From positions 28,321-92,320 of the forward strand of contig CAYTAR010000001.1 of NCBI GenBank assembly GCA_964436015.1: 64,000 nucleotides of DNA, in the 5' to 3' direction. Below, piece by piece: positions 36,419 through 45,191 of the stretch (position 1 is the first letter of the stretch; every line of letters begins with the position of its first letter). The notes beneath the pieces were generated by a model, which saw only the letters and a list, made by a program, of their open reading frames with translations, searched no databases and had not been told where the DNA came from. The translations under genes were made by a program, and so were the position numbers. This DNA is from an uncultured Candidatus Saccharibacteria bacterium (GTDB lineage Bacteria; Patescibacteriota; Minisyncoccia; Phycocordibacterales; GCA-2401445).

Positions 36419-37639
36419 ATGATTTACATACATAAAAAAGAATTATTAGAGCCTGAGTATGAATTTGTCGAACGTAAAGGTCTTGGACACCCAGACACCT
36501 TGTCGGATGCTCTTGCTGAGTTTTTGTCAGTTAACTATTCAAACTATACTCTGAAGAATTTCGGCGCAGTCTTACATCATAATTTTGATAAAGTTGGATT
36601 ACTTGGAGGTGCTTCATTTGTAAAATTTGGTGAGGGATACTTAACAAAACCTATAAGAGTATTACTTAACGGTCGCGCTTCAACAAAATTCGGGGATAAA
36701 AATATTCCTGTTGAAGATTTGTTAAAATCTTGGGTTAGTGAATTTCTGCTAAACAAATTTAGAGATCTAATAAAAGAAAGTGATCTGGAAATTCATTATA
36801 ATTTAAGTACTCAAAGTAGCCCTGGTAAAACTGAAGACTTTAAGTCTACAAATACTCCTCGAAAGTTTTGGTTTGAACCAAGAAATTTTGACGATCTTCC
36901 GGAGACTAAAAAATTATTCTCCAATGATACTTCTTTGGGTGTAGGTTACGCTCCTCATTCTAAATTAGAGAGACTTGTTTTAGATATTGAAGAAACTTTA
37001 AACTCTAAGAGTTTTAAAAAGGATCATCCGTGGATAGGATCCGATATTAAAATAATGGGCACGAGGCATGGTCAGCAGTTTGGTATAACTTTATGCATAC
37101 CGCAAATAGCTAACTACGTACATTCGGTTGATGAATATAGACAAAATTTAGAGCAGACTAAACAAGTTATTTTCAGGATTTCTCAAAATGTTGGAATAAA
37201 TAATCTTGAGTTATCGTGTAATACTCGTGATAATTTAGAGACAAAAGAACTTTATCTTACGGCGATCGGTTCATCAATAGAAAGCGGTGATGAAGGTTTG
37301 GTTGGTAGAGGGAATAGAGTAAACGGGATAATTTCACCTACAAGACTTATGAGCATGGAAGGGGCTTGCGGTAAAAATCCTGTTTATCATATCGGCAAGA
37401 TTTACTATGTGGCTGCCAACGAGATTAGTAAAAAAATATTTGAAAAGTTTGGCGTCGCAAATGAAGTTTCTTTGATTAGCCAAAGTGGCCGAGATTTACT
37501 TGATCCATGGAAGACCTTCGTTACTTTATACAATTCAGATATAAGCGAAGAACTGGTTCTGATTTTTGTTGAAAACGAGTTAAAAAATATTCCAGAAATA
37601 ACCAGAGGCCTATTAGAGAATAAATTAAGGCTATTTTAA
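36419..37639 (+). CDS. mat: S-adenosylmethionine synthetase, archaeal type (PF01941-like), 406 aa
   Basis: Near-colinear with archaeal MAT: [79 protein letters not shown]; lacks bacterial MetK GHPDKIxDQISD and GGGAFSGKD motifs. Confidence 0.85.
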   Translation: MIYIHKKELLEPEYEFVERKGLGHPDTLSDALAEFLSVNYSNYTLKNFGAVLHHNFDKVGLLGGASFVKFGEGYLTKPIRVLLNGRASTKFGDKNIPVEDLLKSWVSEFLLNKFRDLIKESDLEIHYNLSTQSSPGKTEDFKSTNTPRKFWFEPRNFDDLPETKKLFSNDTSLGVGYAPHSKLERLVLDIEETLNSKSFKKDHPWIGSDIKIMGTRHGQQFGITLCIPQIANYVHSVDEYRQNLEQTKQVIFRISQNVGINNLELSCNTRDNLETKELYLTAIGSSIESGDEGLVGRGNRVNGIISPTRLMSMEGACGKNPVYHIGKIYYVAANEISKKIFEKFGVANEVSLISQSGRDLLDPWKTFVTLYNSDISEELVLIFVENELKNIPEITRGLLENKLRLF

Positions 37640-37650
37640 ATTTTAATGTT

Positions 37651-38775
37651 ATGGAAAAGATGCCTAATCAAGAAAAAGAAATAACAAGACTGGAATATTT
37701 GACTACCCATGTTGGTCTAGTCAGGCAACTTGATGAAAAATATTTGCTTGATGAGAAAGTATATTCAACAGATATTCAAAATGAAAGCTTATTAGAACAC
37801 ATACCGACAATTAAGCCGGATAGAGTGATTAGACAGGAAGGAGACACGACTATTTTTACTTCAGCTGGTATTCAGCACCTTGAAACTCTTGAACGTGACA
37901 AAATTAATTTAGAAAGGGAGAAGTTCAAAATTGCACAACCGGTTGTTCGCAGTCAGTTTATGGATAAGATCAAAGAAGGTTATTCGACATCTTTTATAGA
38001 TGAGGCCACCACTCAACTCGGAGTATCTGATGAAGATTTTTTTAGTATGTGTAAACAAATGGTAATCAATTCGTTAAATCATGATGCGGATATACAAAAA
38101 TACCATTTAACAATTGAGGCTCAGGATGATCGTTGGGGTCAAAAAAAGTTCACCAAATTAGTCGTTACTTTGTATTATGATGGGAACGAAGTGTCAGAAG
38201 GTGTATATATAGATAAATTTCCTAAAATTGATGGGCAGACTGTCTCTGTTGCCGAAACAACCCACAGCGCCGAAAGATTTAATTGGATTCACAGAGAAAA
38301 TCGAGACCGACCATATTTTATTGGCTTTGAAGAATTCTATAATACTGATAATAAAGATGATGTCGCAAGAATTATAGATCCCGTCAGAACTGCTACATTG
38401 ATGCTCATGCAAGGAGTTGTTCCATCACATAAGGATCCCGGATTCAGATTAAGACAGCTGATTAAAAGATTTGTGGAAAGAAATGCCGAGACTTCTTTTT
38501 CTGAAGATAGACTTTTAAATTTATCACATGATTTTTGGTTAGGAAATAACGTTGAAGGAATTGTTGATAAGGTCGAGATTCGTGAATTGTTAAAGAAAGA
38601 AATGACACGTGCTCAAAATGTACACATTGTCAGTTGGGTCGAGATAAATACTGGTAAGAAAATTAAGGTTGATGTGAATCTAAGCACAGATGAATTTCTT
38701 AAAAGGATCTATTCTTCATCACCAGAGGAGATTATTGGGGTAGTAAAAAGTATTAATTTAAAAAAATATGAGTAA
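37651..38775 (+). CDS. Alanyl-tRNA synthetase catalytic-domain paralog (truncated, 374 aa; motif 3 degenerate) - putative amino acid ligase
   Basis: Colinear matches to E. coli AlaRS N-terminal region: TTIFTSAGIQ (LLFTNAGMNQ), AQPVVRSQ (SQRCVRAG), RIIDPVRTATLMLMQGVVPSHKDPGFRLRQLIKRFVER ([39 protein letters not shown]); position of DTGMGLERI occupied by ETTHSAERF; no editing or C-Ala domains. Confidence 0.7.
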   Translation: MEKMPNQEKEITRLEYLTTHVGLVRQLDEKYLLDEKVYSTDIQNESLLEHIPTIKPDRVIRQEGDTTIFTSAGIQHLETLERDKINLEREKFKIAQPVVRSQFMDKIKEGYSTSFIDEATTQLGVSDEDFFSMCKQMVINSLNHDADIQKYHLTIEAQDDRWGQKKFTKLVVTLYYDGNEVSEGVYIDKFPKIDGQTVSVAETTHSAERFNWIHRENRDRPYFIGFEEFYNTDNKDDVARIIDPVRTATLMLMQGVVPSHKDPGFRLRQLIKRFVERNAETSFSEDRLLNLSHDFWLGNNVEGIVDKVEIRELLKKEMTRAQNVHIVSWVEINTGKKIKVDVNLSTDEFLKRIYSSSPEEIIGVVKSINLKKYE

Positions 38776-39445
38776 ACTTTTTTTAAGCGGTGGTGGCGAT
38801 ATAGAGACATCTTATCCGTTCGATAGTCTATTCTTTGATTCACTGCCACAGAGCGCGAATATTCTTTATATTCCCATTGCAATGGCAACCACCATGGCTA
38901 GAACAGAAGCATCTTTTGACTGGTTTTCAAAATTGATTTCAAGTCATTCAAGTAGCGACAAACACTTGGACTTTACTGTGTGGAATACTGGAGATTCTTT
39001 ACCTATCCTACATAATTACAATGCTGTATATGTTGGTGGTGGTAATACATATAGACTCTTGATGATGTTAGAAAAACCAGGAATGCTTGATGCTCTAAAA
39101 AAATATATCAGAAATGGTGGTATCTATTATGGTGGGAGCGCCGGTGCCGTGATTGTTGGTAAAAGCTTACGGACAGTGGATGAAGAAAATTTAGAAAATT
39201 ATTCAAAGCGTGATGGTATGAATCTTATTAATAATCTTTCTATATTCCCACATTTTTCAGATAGTGAGGAGCAAAAAAATATCATTAGAAATATCTGTGG
39301 CAATTATGCTTTAACGATAGCCGCGCTTCCTGAAGGCTCAGGTCTTGTTCTCGATGAGCGAGGCATAAGTGTTTACGGTAATATGTATTTATATGAACAA
39401 GAAAAGAAAACTCTTTTTTATACATCTGGGCAAATTATCAAGTAA
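38768..39445 (+). CDS. Peptidase S51 family protein (peptidase E / cyanophycinase-like serine hydrolase)
   Basis: VYVGGGNTYRLL, nucleophile motif YGGSAGAV, His in IFPHFSD; overlaps upstream gene by 8 nt. Confidence 0.7.
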   Translation: MSKLFLSGGGDIETSYPFDSLFFDSLPQSANILYIPIAMATTMARTEASFDWFSKLISSHSSSDKHLDFTVWNTGDSLPILHNYNAVYVGGGNTYRLLMMLEKPGMLDALKKYIRNGGIYYGGSAGAVIVGKSLRTVDEENLENYSKRDGMNLINNLSIFPHFSDSEEQKNIIRNICGNYALTIAALPEGSGLVLDERGISVYGNMYLYEQEKKTLFYTSGQIIK

Positions 39446-40595
39446 TTCTGGTCATACAGCGCGATTGCGGTATGAGTTAAAGGATATCAGCAAGACGGCG
39501 GATATTTCGATTCTGTCTTTGACAAATGAGCCTGACCAATCTTTCATCAATAAAAATCCAAATATACATTTTTATGTTTTGCCGATTAAGTTTAATGGCT
39601 GGAAAGTCGTTAATTTGGGTCATATTGTAGGGCAGATAAATGAAATAATCAGCTTTTGTAAGCCAGATATTGTTATTTTGTGTGTTGAGATCTGGGATTT
39701 AATTTTAGGGTTACATAAAAAAATATCTGACAAAGTAGTGTTTTGTGCTATATGCCACGCAATGCCATTTTTGGGTTCACCCTTGAATCCAACAAAATCC
39801 TTTGAATCAGATGTAAGGAAATTTGCTAATAAGCAAACGCTAAAATACAGAAAAAACTATATTACCAAACATTACAGAGAATTTCCTAAAATTATAAACT
39901 CTGGCTTACTAATTGCAAATAATGCAACCGTTGCTTTTTATTTCAAAAATTATTTCCCGAGGTCATCGTTTTGGAGACAAGTGCCTCATGTTACAGTTGA
40001 TCCGCTTAAAACGTCTAAAACCCTAGATATTGAGTATGATTTTTGTTATATGGCGAGAATGGAGAAAGGAAAAGGAGTAGAATATCTGCAAGATTTGTTT
40101 AGCAGAATTTCAATCAAGTTGGGTAGAAAAATCAGTGTGGCAATCATGGGCAGAGCTGATGATAAGTACTCCCAAGAAGAACTTAGAGGGCTACTTGAAA
40201 GTGAAGGTGAATCTTTTTCCGTTCGTTTTTTCGGTTGGGCTGATGATAAAACCAAAGCTGAAGTGTTGAGTAAAAGTGGTTGTTTTATTTATCCGTCAAC
40301 TTACGATAATTTTCCGACAGTGGTTAATGAAGCTATGGCTCATAGCTTACCTGTGGCAATGTGGGATACTCTTTTTTATAAAGTTAACTATTCTGACATA
40401 AAGTCTGTATCTGTGGCTACTCCTTTTAATGTTGAGCATCTGGCTTCAGTGGCCGTGAATCTGTTACAAGGAAAATCTACCTTACGTCGCCATTCTATAG
40501 AATACATAAAGGAAAATGGTGGCTCCAGATCAGTCGCAAAAGATGATCTTATACTATTTGATGAGATAATTAAGCGTTATGAAAGAAATAAATAA
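39393..40595 (+). CDS. Glycosyltransferase family 4 (GT-B; MshA/PIG-A-like retaining GT); ORF track start 39369
   Basis: C-terminal GT4 signature FIYPSTYDNFPTVVNEAMAHSLPVAMWD (EX7E-type motif). Confidence 0.8.
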   Translation: MNKKRKLFFIHLGKLSSNSGHTARLRYELKDISKTADISILSLTNEPDQSFINKNPNIHFYVLPIKFNGWKVVNLGHIVGQINEIISFCKPDIVILCVEIWDLILGLHKKISDKVVFCAICHAMPFLGSPLNPTKSFESDVRKFANKQTLKYRKNYITKHYREFPKIINSGLLIANNATVAFYFKNYFPRSSFWRQVPHVTVDPLKTSKTLDIEYDFCYMARMEKGKGVEYLQDLFSRISIKLGRKISVAIMGRADDKYSQEELRGLLESEGESFSVRFFGWADDKTKAEVLSKSGCFIYPSTYDNFPTVVNEAMAHSLPVAMWDTLFYKVNYSDIKSVSVATPFNVEHLASVAVNLLQGKSTLRRHSIEYIKENGGSRSVAKDDLILFDEIIKRYERNK

Positions 40596-41352
40596 TAACT
40601 TTGAAAGAATTTTCCCGAAAAAGAATGTTATTGTAATGCTTCATGCTCACGCTGATGATGAATCTTTCTTGTCGGCTGGTACTATAAATGAATTTATAGT
40701 ACGCAATTATAATGTCTTATTGATCTATTTGGCTACAGGTCTTATTGAAGAAGAAAAAAGAACAACAATTAGACGGAAAGAGCTCACCGAAGCTTTAAAG
40801 GTCTTGGGAGTAAAAAATGTAGAGTTTCTTGAGTATTGTGAACCTAAATATACCGTAAATGGTAAACCTCTTTATTTACAATCAATAAAAGAAATTTCAA
40901 ATAACATTAGAACAATTATTGAAAAAAGAGGTATAAAACATTATACGCTTTTTTCATATGATAAAAACGGTGGCTACGGCAATAAAGATCATCTCGTAGT
41001 ACATAAGGCAGGTAGGTTGTTATTCGTAAATTCGTCACCGGTTAGTCTACTATTTGAGATGACAATCCCAAGAGATGTATACTTGCGTTGGATCGGAAAA
41101 TATAAAAATAATGTTCCTGAATTATATTTACCGAAACTAAATTACTGGTCTACAGAATTTGGACTAAAAAACGAAGAGATTGATTATTTTTTTTTATTAA
41201 ACTCTCTACAAATAAAATTAAAGAAAAAAGCTCTTAGTAAACATGTCTCACAAATAAAGAATAAGGAATTCCCATTATCTCTCACTAATGCCGATTTTAT
41301 AGAATTATTCGGTAGAGAATATTTTGCTTATATTGATACATCGATTCTGTAA
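40579..41352 (+). CDS. PIG-L/LmbE-family N-acetylglucosaminyl deacetylase (MshB/BshB-like)
   Basis: VIVMLHAHADDESFLSAGTI (AHPDDE motif), GNKDHLVVHKAG (HxDH zinc ligands); overlaps upstream gene by 17 nt. Confidence 0.8.
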   Translation: MKEINNNFERIFPKKNVIVMLHAHADDESFLSAGTINEFIVRNYNVLLIYLATGLIEEEKRTTIRRKELTEALKVLGVKNVEFLEYCEPKYTVNGKPLYLQSIKEISNNIRTIIEKRGIKHYTLFSYDKNGGYGNKDHLVVHKAGRLLFVNSSPVSLLFEMTIPRDVYLRWIGKYKNNVPELYLPKLNYWSTEFGLKNEEIDYFFLLNSLQIKLKKKALSKHVSQIKNKEFPLSLTNADFIELFGREYFAYIDTSIL

Positions 41353-41444
41353 GGTGTCACTAACTTGACCGAAGCACAGAGCGAACATGAAGAAAGCACC
41401 GGAGAGGCTCTGTGAACGAATGTGAGCGGCGAGTGCAAGGTGCT

Positions 41445-41480
41445 TGCGAAGTGGGTTCGCGCAAAGGCTAATACATCACC
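41445..41480 (+). repeat. Right copy of 36-bp inverted repeat (pairs with 34812-34847), followed by weak hairpin/T-run 41487-41512
   Basis: tgcgaagtgggttcgcgcaaaggctaatacatcacc; lies in 5' leader of helicase gene. Confidence 0.85.
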
Positions 41481-41538
41481 AATCAACCCGTCAGAATGGC
41501 GGGTTTTTTTGCGCGAGGATACAAGGTATACTACTGCA

Positions 41539-44451
41539 ATGAGTACTGAATTTGAGAAACGGTATAAATCCCTTAATACCGAGCAGAGGTCCGCCGTTGA
41601 TACTACAGAGGGACCAGTAATGGTTGTAGCAGGTCCAGGAACGGGCAAAACTACGATATTAACGCTCCGAATTGCAAACATACTCCGTACTACCGATACG
41701 CCTCCACACGCTATTCTAGCAATTACCTACACTGACGCTGGTGTACGTGCAATACGTAAGAAGCTAACTGAAATTATAGGTGACCGAGCTGCAGAGGTGG
41801 CCATACACACATTTCACAGTTTTTCCCATTCAGTGCTCACAGAGTTCAAAGACCATGTTCCTCATGTAAGTGAAAGTGAGCAAATGAATGATACAGAGAT
41901 TGAGCACATGATTCACTCAATCCTTGATAAAAAAAAGTATGCAATTCTTAGACCGCTCGGACGCCCAGATCTCTATGTAAACGACATTATTCGTGGTATC
42001 AGCTCTCTAAAAAAGGACGCTATTTCTCCTGATGACTTGCGAACATTTGCGAGGAGGGGGATTGAAATGGTTTCTACAAGTGAAGATTCAATTTCAACTC
42101 GTGGAAAATCAAAAGGGTCGCTTAAGGCAGAAGCTAAAAAGCAAATTCAAAAATACGAAAAGACGCTACTTCTTGCAGATATGTATCAAGAATACGAAGA
42201 GAGAAAAAGAGAGGAATCACGCATTGACTACGATGATCTAATCCTTGAATTACTCGCCGTGTTCTCTCAAGACGAGTTATTGCTTCAGTTACTCCAAGAA
42301 AAGTTTTTGTATGTACACATAGATGAGCATCAGGATACAAATGATTCGCAAAATCTGATACTCCAAAGTATTATTTCTTTTTTTACAACACCAAATATTT
42401 TTATTGTTGGAGATGAGAAACAAGCAATATACCGTTTTCAAGGCGCATCGGTAAAAAACTTTTTACATTTTTCTGAAAAGTATCCTACTATTCAAACCAT
42501 TCCACTTACTCATAACTATCGTTCTAATCAACGCATCCTTGATGCATCACATGCGGTCATAATGCACAACTACACCGAAGCTAATTCTGCTACACTACTC
42601 ATTCCACTTACCGGCTCAAAAACTGAAGCCCCTACACAACCACTTACGGTTATCACTGGAGGAACTGAAGGAGACACGTTGTCTGCGCTTGTTGAAGATA
42701 TTACTCTTAAGCCCGATCAAGAAACGGTGGCTGTAATTGTAAGAAAGAATGCTGAAGTTGACTCTCTGCTTTCATTTTTGCAAGCACGCGGAGTATCTGC
42801 GTCTGCAGAAAGGGGAGTTGATATTCTTTCACACCCGCTCACTCTGTTGTTTTTTGCATTACTTCGTGTCGCGGTCGACTCAAGCGATACGGAAGCGCTC
42901 GCTATAACGGTGTCACATGGCTTGTGGAACCTTTCATTCGCGGATTCAGTGGTAGCGCTTTCACTAATAAAGAAAGGTGATACGGAAAGTGTTGTGCAGA
43001 TGATTCCACAATTAAAGTTAATCACAAAAGAAAAAACAAAGGAGGGGGTTATCTCATTTCTTATCTACCTCGCTGAAGTAAGTACATTTCTTGCAAAAGT
43101 AACCGCGCATCCTCTTTCCTCCGAAGTGTGGCGAAATATTCTCACATTAAGTGAACATATTGCGACTGCAAAGAAAACGCGTGATCCACATACAGTTGTG
43201 TCACACTTGCTTTCATATCAAGGAGGTAAGCGAGTTAAGAAAATTTTTTATACCGTTGGAGCGGAATCCGCCCGCGTATTTGTTATGACTGCGCACGGAA
43301 GTAAGGGGCTGGAGTATGATCATGTGTATATACCATACGCCACTGAAGAATCGTGGATACGAACCAAGACTCATGCGGAGTTCTTTATACTTCCAAGTAC
43401 GGGTTTTGATAGTCATCATTTACAAGACGAAAGGCGCCTATTTTATGTCGCGCTTACTCGCGCACGAAAGACAGTAACGTTTGGTTGTATGGAAAGAATG
43501 AATGATGGACGTACTGTCTCTCCATTGCGTTTTATTTCTGATATTCCCAATGAGCTTGTTGTTAACAAAACTGCACCTTATACGACGGCATATACCTTGC
43601 ATACTACTCACGGAAACTATGAATACGCAGAAAAAGAAATTCGTGATTATACAGAACAAGTGTTGCGTTCAAAAGGTATTTCAGTAACCGCTCTGAATCA
43701 CTTCATGGACTGTCCGAGAAAATTTTACTATCAAAGTATTCTTAAAATTCCTCACCCTCCGAATCCTAGTTCTGAAAAGGGAAATGCGATGCACCATGCA
43801 ATATCAGCAGTATGGAATACAAAAAAATTCTCAGAACGTGCAATTCTTGAAACGCTAGATTCATCAATACTACAGTTCCTAAAGAAATCAGATCTACGGA
43901 AAAGTGATTCTGAAGTTCTCTATGACGAGTTAGCTGAAATCATTCCTGCACTCTCAAAATCGCTCGTGGGGCACTTTAACCAAAGTGGAGTAGTTAAATC
44001 AGAGTCATGGGTAGAATCAGCATTTGTGCATAAAGGGGAGAGTTTTAAGTTGCATGGAAAAATGGACACGATAATTGAAACAGAATCAGAAATTCAGGTC
44101 TATGATTATAAAACAAAAAAAGCGATGTCTGATAACGAAATTCTTGGACTTACGAAGGGAAGTGATGGTGCATATTGGAGACAGCTTATATTCTATTCTC
44201 GACTACTCGCTGATACTAGTTCGCGTATAAAGAAAAAGGTTACCCCGTATCTCATGTTTATAATTCCAAATGAGCGTGGTGACTGTAAGACCTATACCCA
44301 CGAGATTACCAATGATGATATTTCTCGAGTTGAGGGAGAACTTACAAAGCTTATTGATTCGGTTCAAGATGGTACGTTCCTCACCATGTCTTGCAATAAA
44401 AAAGAATGCGAGTGGTGCGCTCTTTCAAGTAAGAATGACCAGAAAGACTAA
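41539..44451 (+). CDS. UvrD/PcrA-family SF1 helicase fused to C-terminal Cas4/AddB-like PD-(D/E)xK nuclease with 4-Cys cluster (ORF track start 41422 includes the repeat)
   Basis: Helicase motifs VVAGPGTGKTT (I), VHIDEHQDTNDSQ (II), IVGDEKQAIYRFQGAS (III), HNYRSNQRI (IV), HGSKGLEYDHVYIP, RRLFYVALTRARK (VI); nuclease region MDCPRKFYY...VYDYKTKK...YWRQLIFYSRLL...CNKKECEWC. Confidence 0.85.
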   Translation: MSTEFEKRYKSLNTEQRSAVDTTEGPVMVVAGPGTGKTTILTLRIANILRTTDTPPHAILAITYTDAGVRAIRKKLTEIIGDRAAEVAIHTFHSFSHSVLTEFKDHVPHVSESEQMNDTEIEHMIHSILDKKKYAILRPLGRPDLYVNDIIRGISSLKKDAISPDDLRTFARRGIEMVSTSEDSISTRGKSKGSLKAEAKKQIQKYEKTLLLADMYQEYEERKREESRIDYDDLILELLAVFSQDELLLQLLQEKFLYVHIDEHQDTNDSQNLILQSIISFFTTPNIFIVGDEKQAIYRFQGASVKNFLHFSEKYPTIQTIPLTHNYRSNQRILDASHAVIMHNYTEANSATLLIPLTGSKTEAPTQPLTVITGGTEGDTLSALVEDITLKPDQETVAVIVRKNAEVDSLLSFLQARGVSASAERGVDILSHPLTLLFFALLRVAVDSSDTEALAITVSHGLWNLSFADSVVALSLIKKGDTESVVQMIPQLKLITKEKTKEGVISFLIYLAEVSTFLAKVTAHPLSSEVWRNILTLSEHIATAKKTRDPHTVVSHLLSYQGGKRVKKIFYTVGAESARVFVMTAHGSKGLEYDHVYIPYATEESWIRTKTHAEFFILPSTGFDSHHLQDERRLFYVALTRARKTVTFGCMERMNDGRTVSPLRFISDIPNELVVNKTAPYTTAYTLHTTHGNYEYAEKEIRDYTEQVLRSKGISVTALNHFMDCPRKFYYQSILKIPHPPNPSSEKGNAMHHAISAVWNTKKFSERAILETLDSSILQFLKKSDLRKSDSEVLYDELAEIIPALSKSLVGHFNQSGVVKSESWVESAFVHKGESFKLHGKMDTIIETESEIQVYDYKTKKAMSDNEILGLTKGSDGAYWRQLIFYSRLLADTSSRIKKKVTPYLMFIIPNERGDCKTYTHEITNDDISRVEGELTKLIDSVQDGTFLTMSCNKKECEWCALSSKNDQKD

Positions 44452-44457
44452 ACTTAA

Positions 44458-45138
44458 TTAACGAATTGATTCAATAAGTTCAATCATCTGATGCAAAGAT
44501 CGTGTACCTTGAATTTCACCAACAATATTCTTGTCTTTATAAACAAGCATAAATGGTGCACCTTGTGCCCCCGCATCTATTGCCTCAGTAGCATGCGTAC
44601 GTATCTTGTCGCTTAGGCGTGGATTACGCTCACATTGAGTTAATTGATTTTCACTAAGGGAGTGTAAATTAGCGATACTTTTAATAAAAGATACATGGTC
44701 TATGTTTTGAGGTAGGGGCTTTGCATTATGTAGCGCATCGAGCATATTCCAAAATCGGTAAGGTTCAGTATACATTGAACTCACACATTCAAGTGCGAGC
44801 GCTTCTCTTGGTGAATTTGGATTCTCGTTTGCAATGGGGAAGTGTCGGTAGACCCACGCAAGCTCTCCTTTCTTTCCGTAAGTTTCCATGAGTTTTCGTA
44901 CCACCGAGACATGGAAAGCAACACAGTACAAGCACTCTGTATCAGAGTACTCTACAATGACAATAGGGGCATCAGGATTCCCAAGCCAGTGATCTTCTGC
45001 GACTGAGGGGGAGTTTGTACCTGCAACTACCGTAGTATTGAGTATTGGAGCCGGTTCATCCGGAAGCAATAAAAAAGCGATTGCAATAATGACCGATGCT
45101 ACTATAACCGCTTTGTCACGAGCTTTAAAAAAAGTCAT
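44458..45138 (-). CDS. DsbA-like thioredoxin-fold thiol:disulfide oxidoreductase, membrane-anchored
   Basis: N-terminal TM; CxxC active site in YSDTECLYCVAFH; thioredoxin-fold length. Confidence 0.7.
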   Translation of the reverse strand: MTFFKARDKAVIVASVIIAIAFLLLPDEPAPILNTTVVAGTNSPSVAEDHWLGNPDAPIVIVEYSDTECLYCVAFHVSVVRKLMETYGKKGELAWVYRHFPIANENPNSPREALALECVSSMYTEPYRFWNMLDALHNAKPLPQNIDHVSFIKSIANLHSLSENQLTQCERNPRLSDKIRTHATEAIDAGAQGAPFMLVYKDKNIVGEIQGTRSLHQMIELIESIR

Positions 45139-45191
45139 ACATATACCTTAAATGTTTATATCCTACCGTTAGAATATGATACCATAGTAGC

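Noticed and set aside
37651-38775. AlaRS-like gene as simply the housekeeping alaS
   Set aside because: Only 374 aa, lacks tRNA-binding, editing and C-Ala domains, and motif 3 is degenerate; split-AlaRS possibility is retained as an explicit refutation test rather than the primary call.
41422-41538. N-terminal 39-aa extension of the helicase ORF
   Set aside because: Contains the inverted-repeat copy and a hairpin/T-run; conserved helicase sequence begins at MSTEFEKRYKSLNTEQRSAV (41539).
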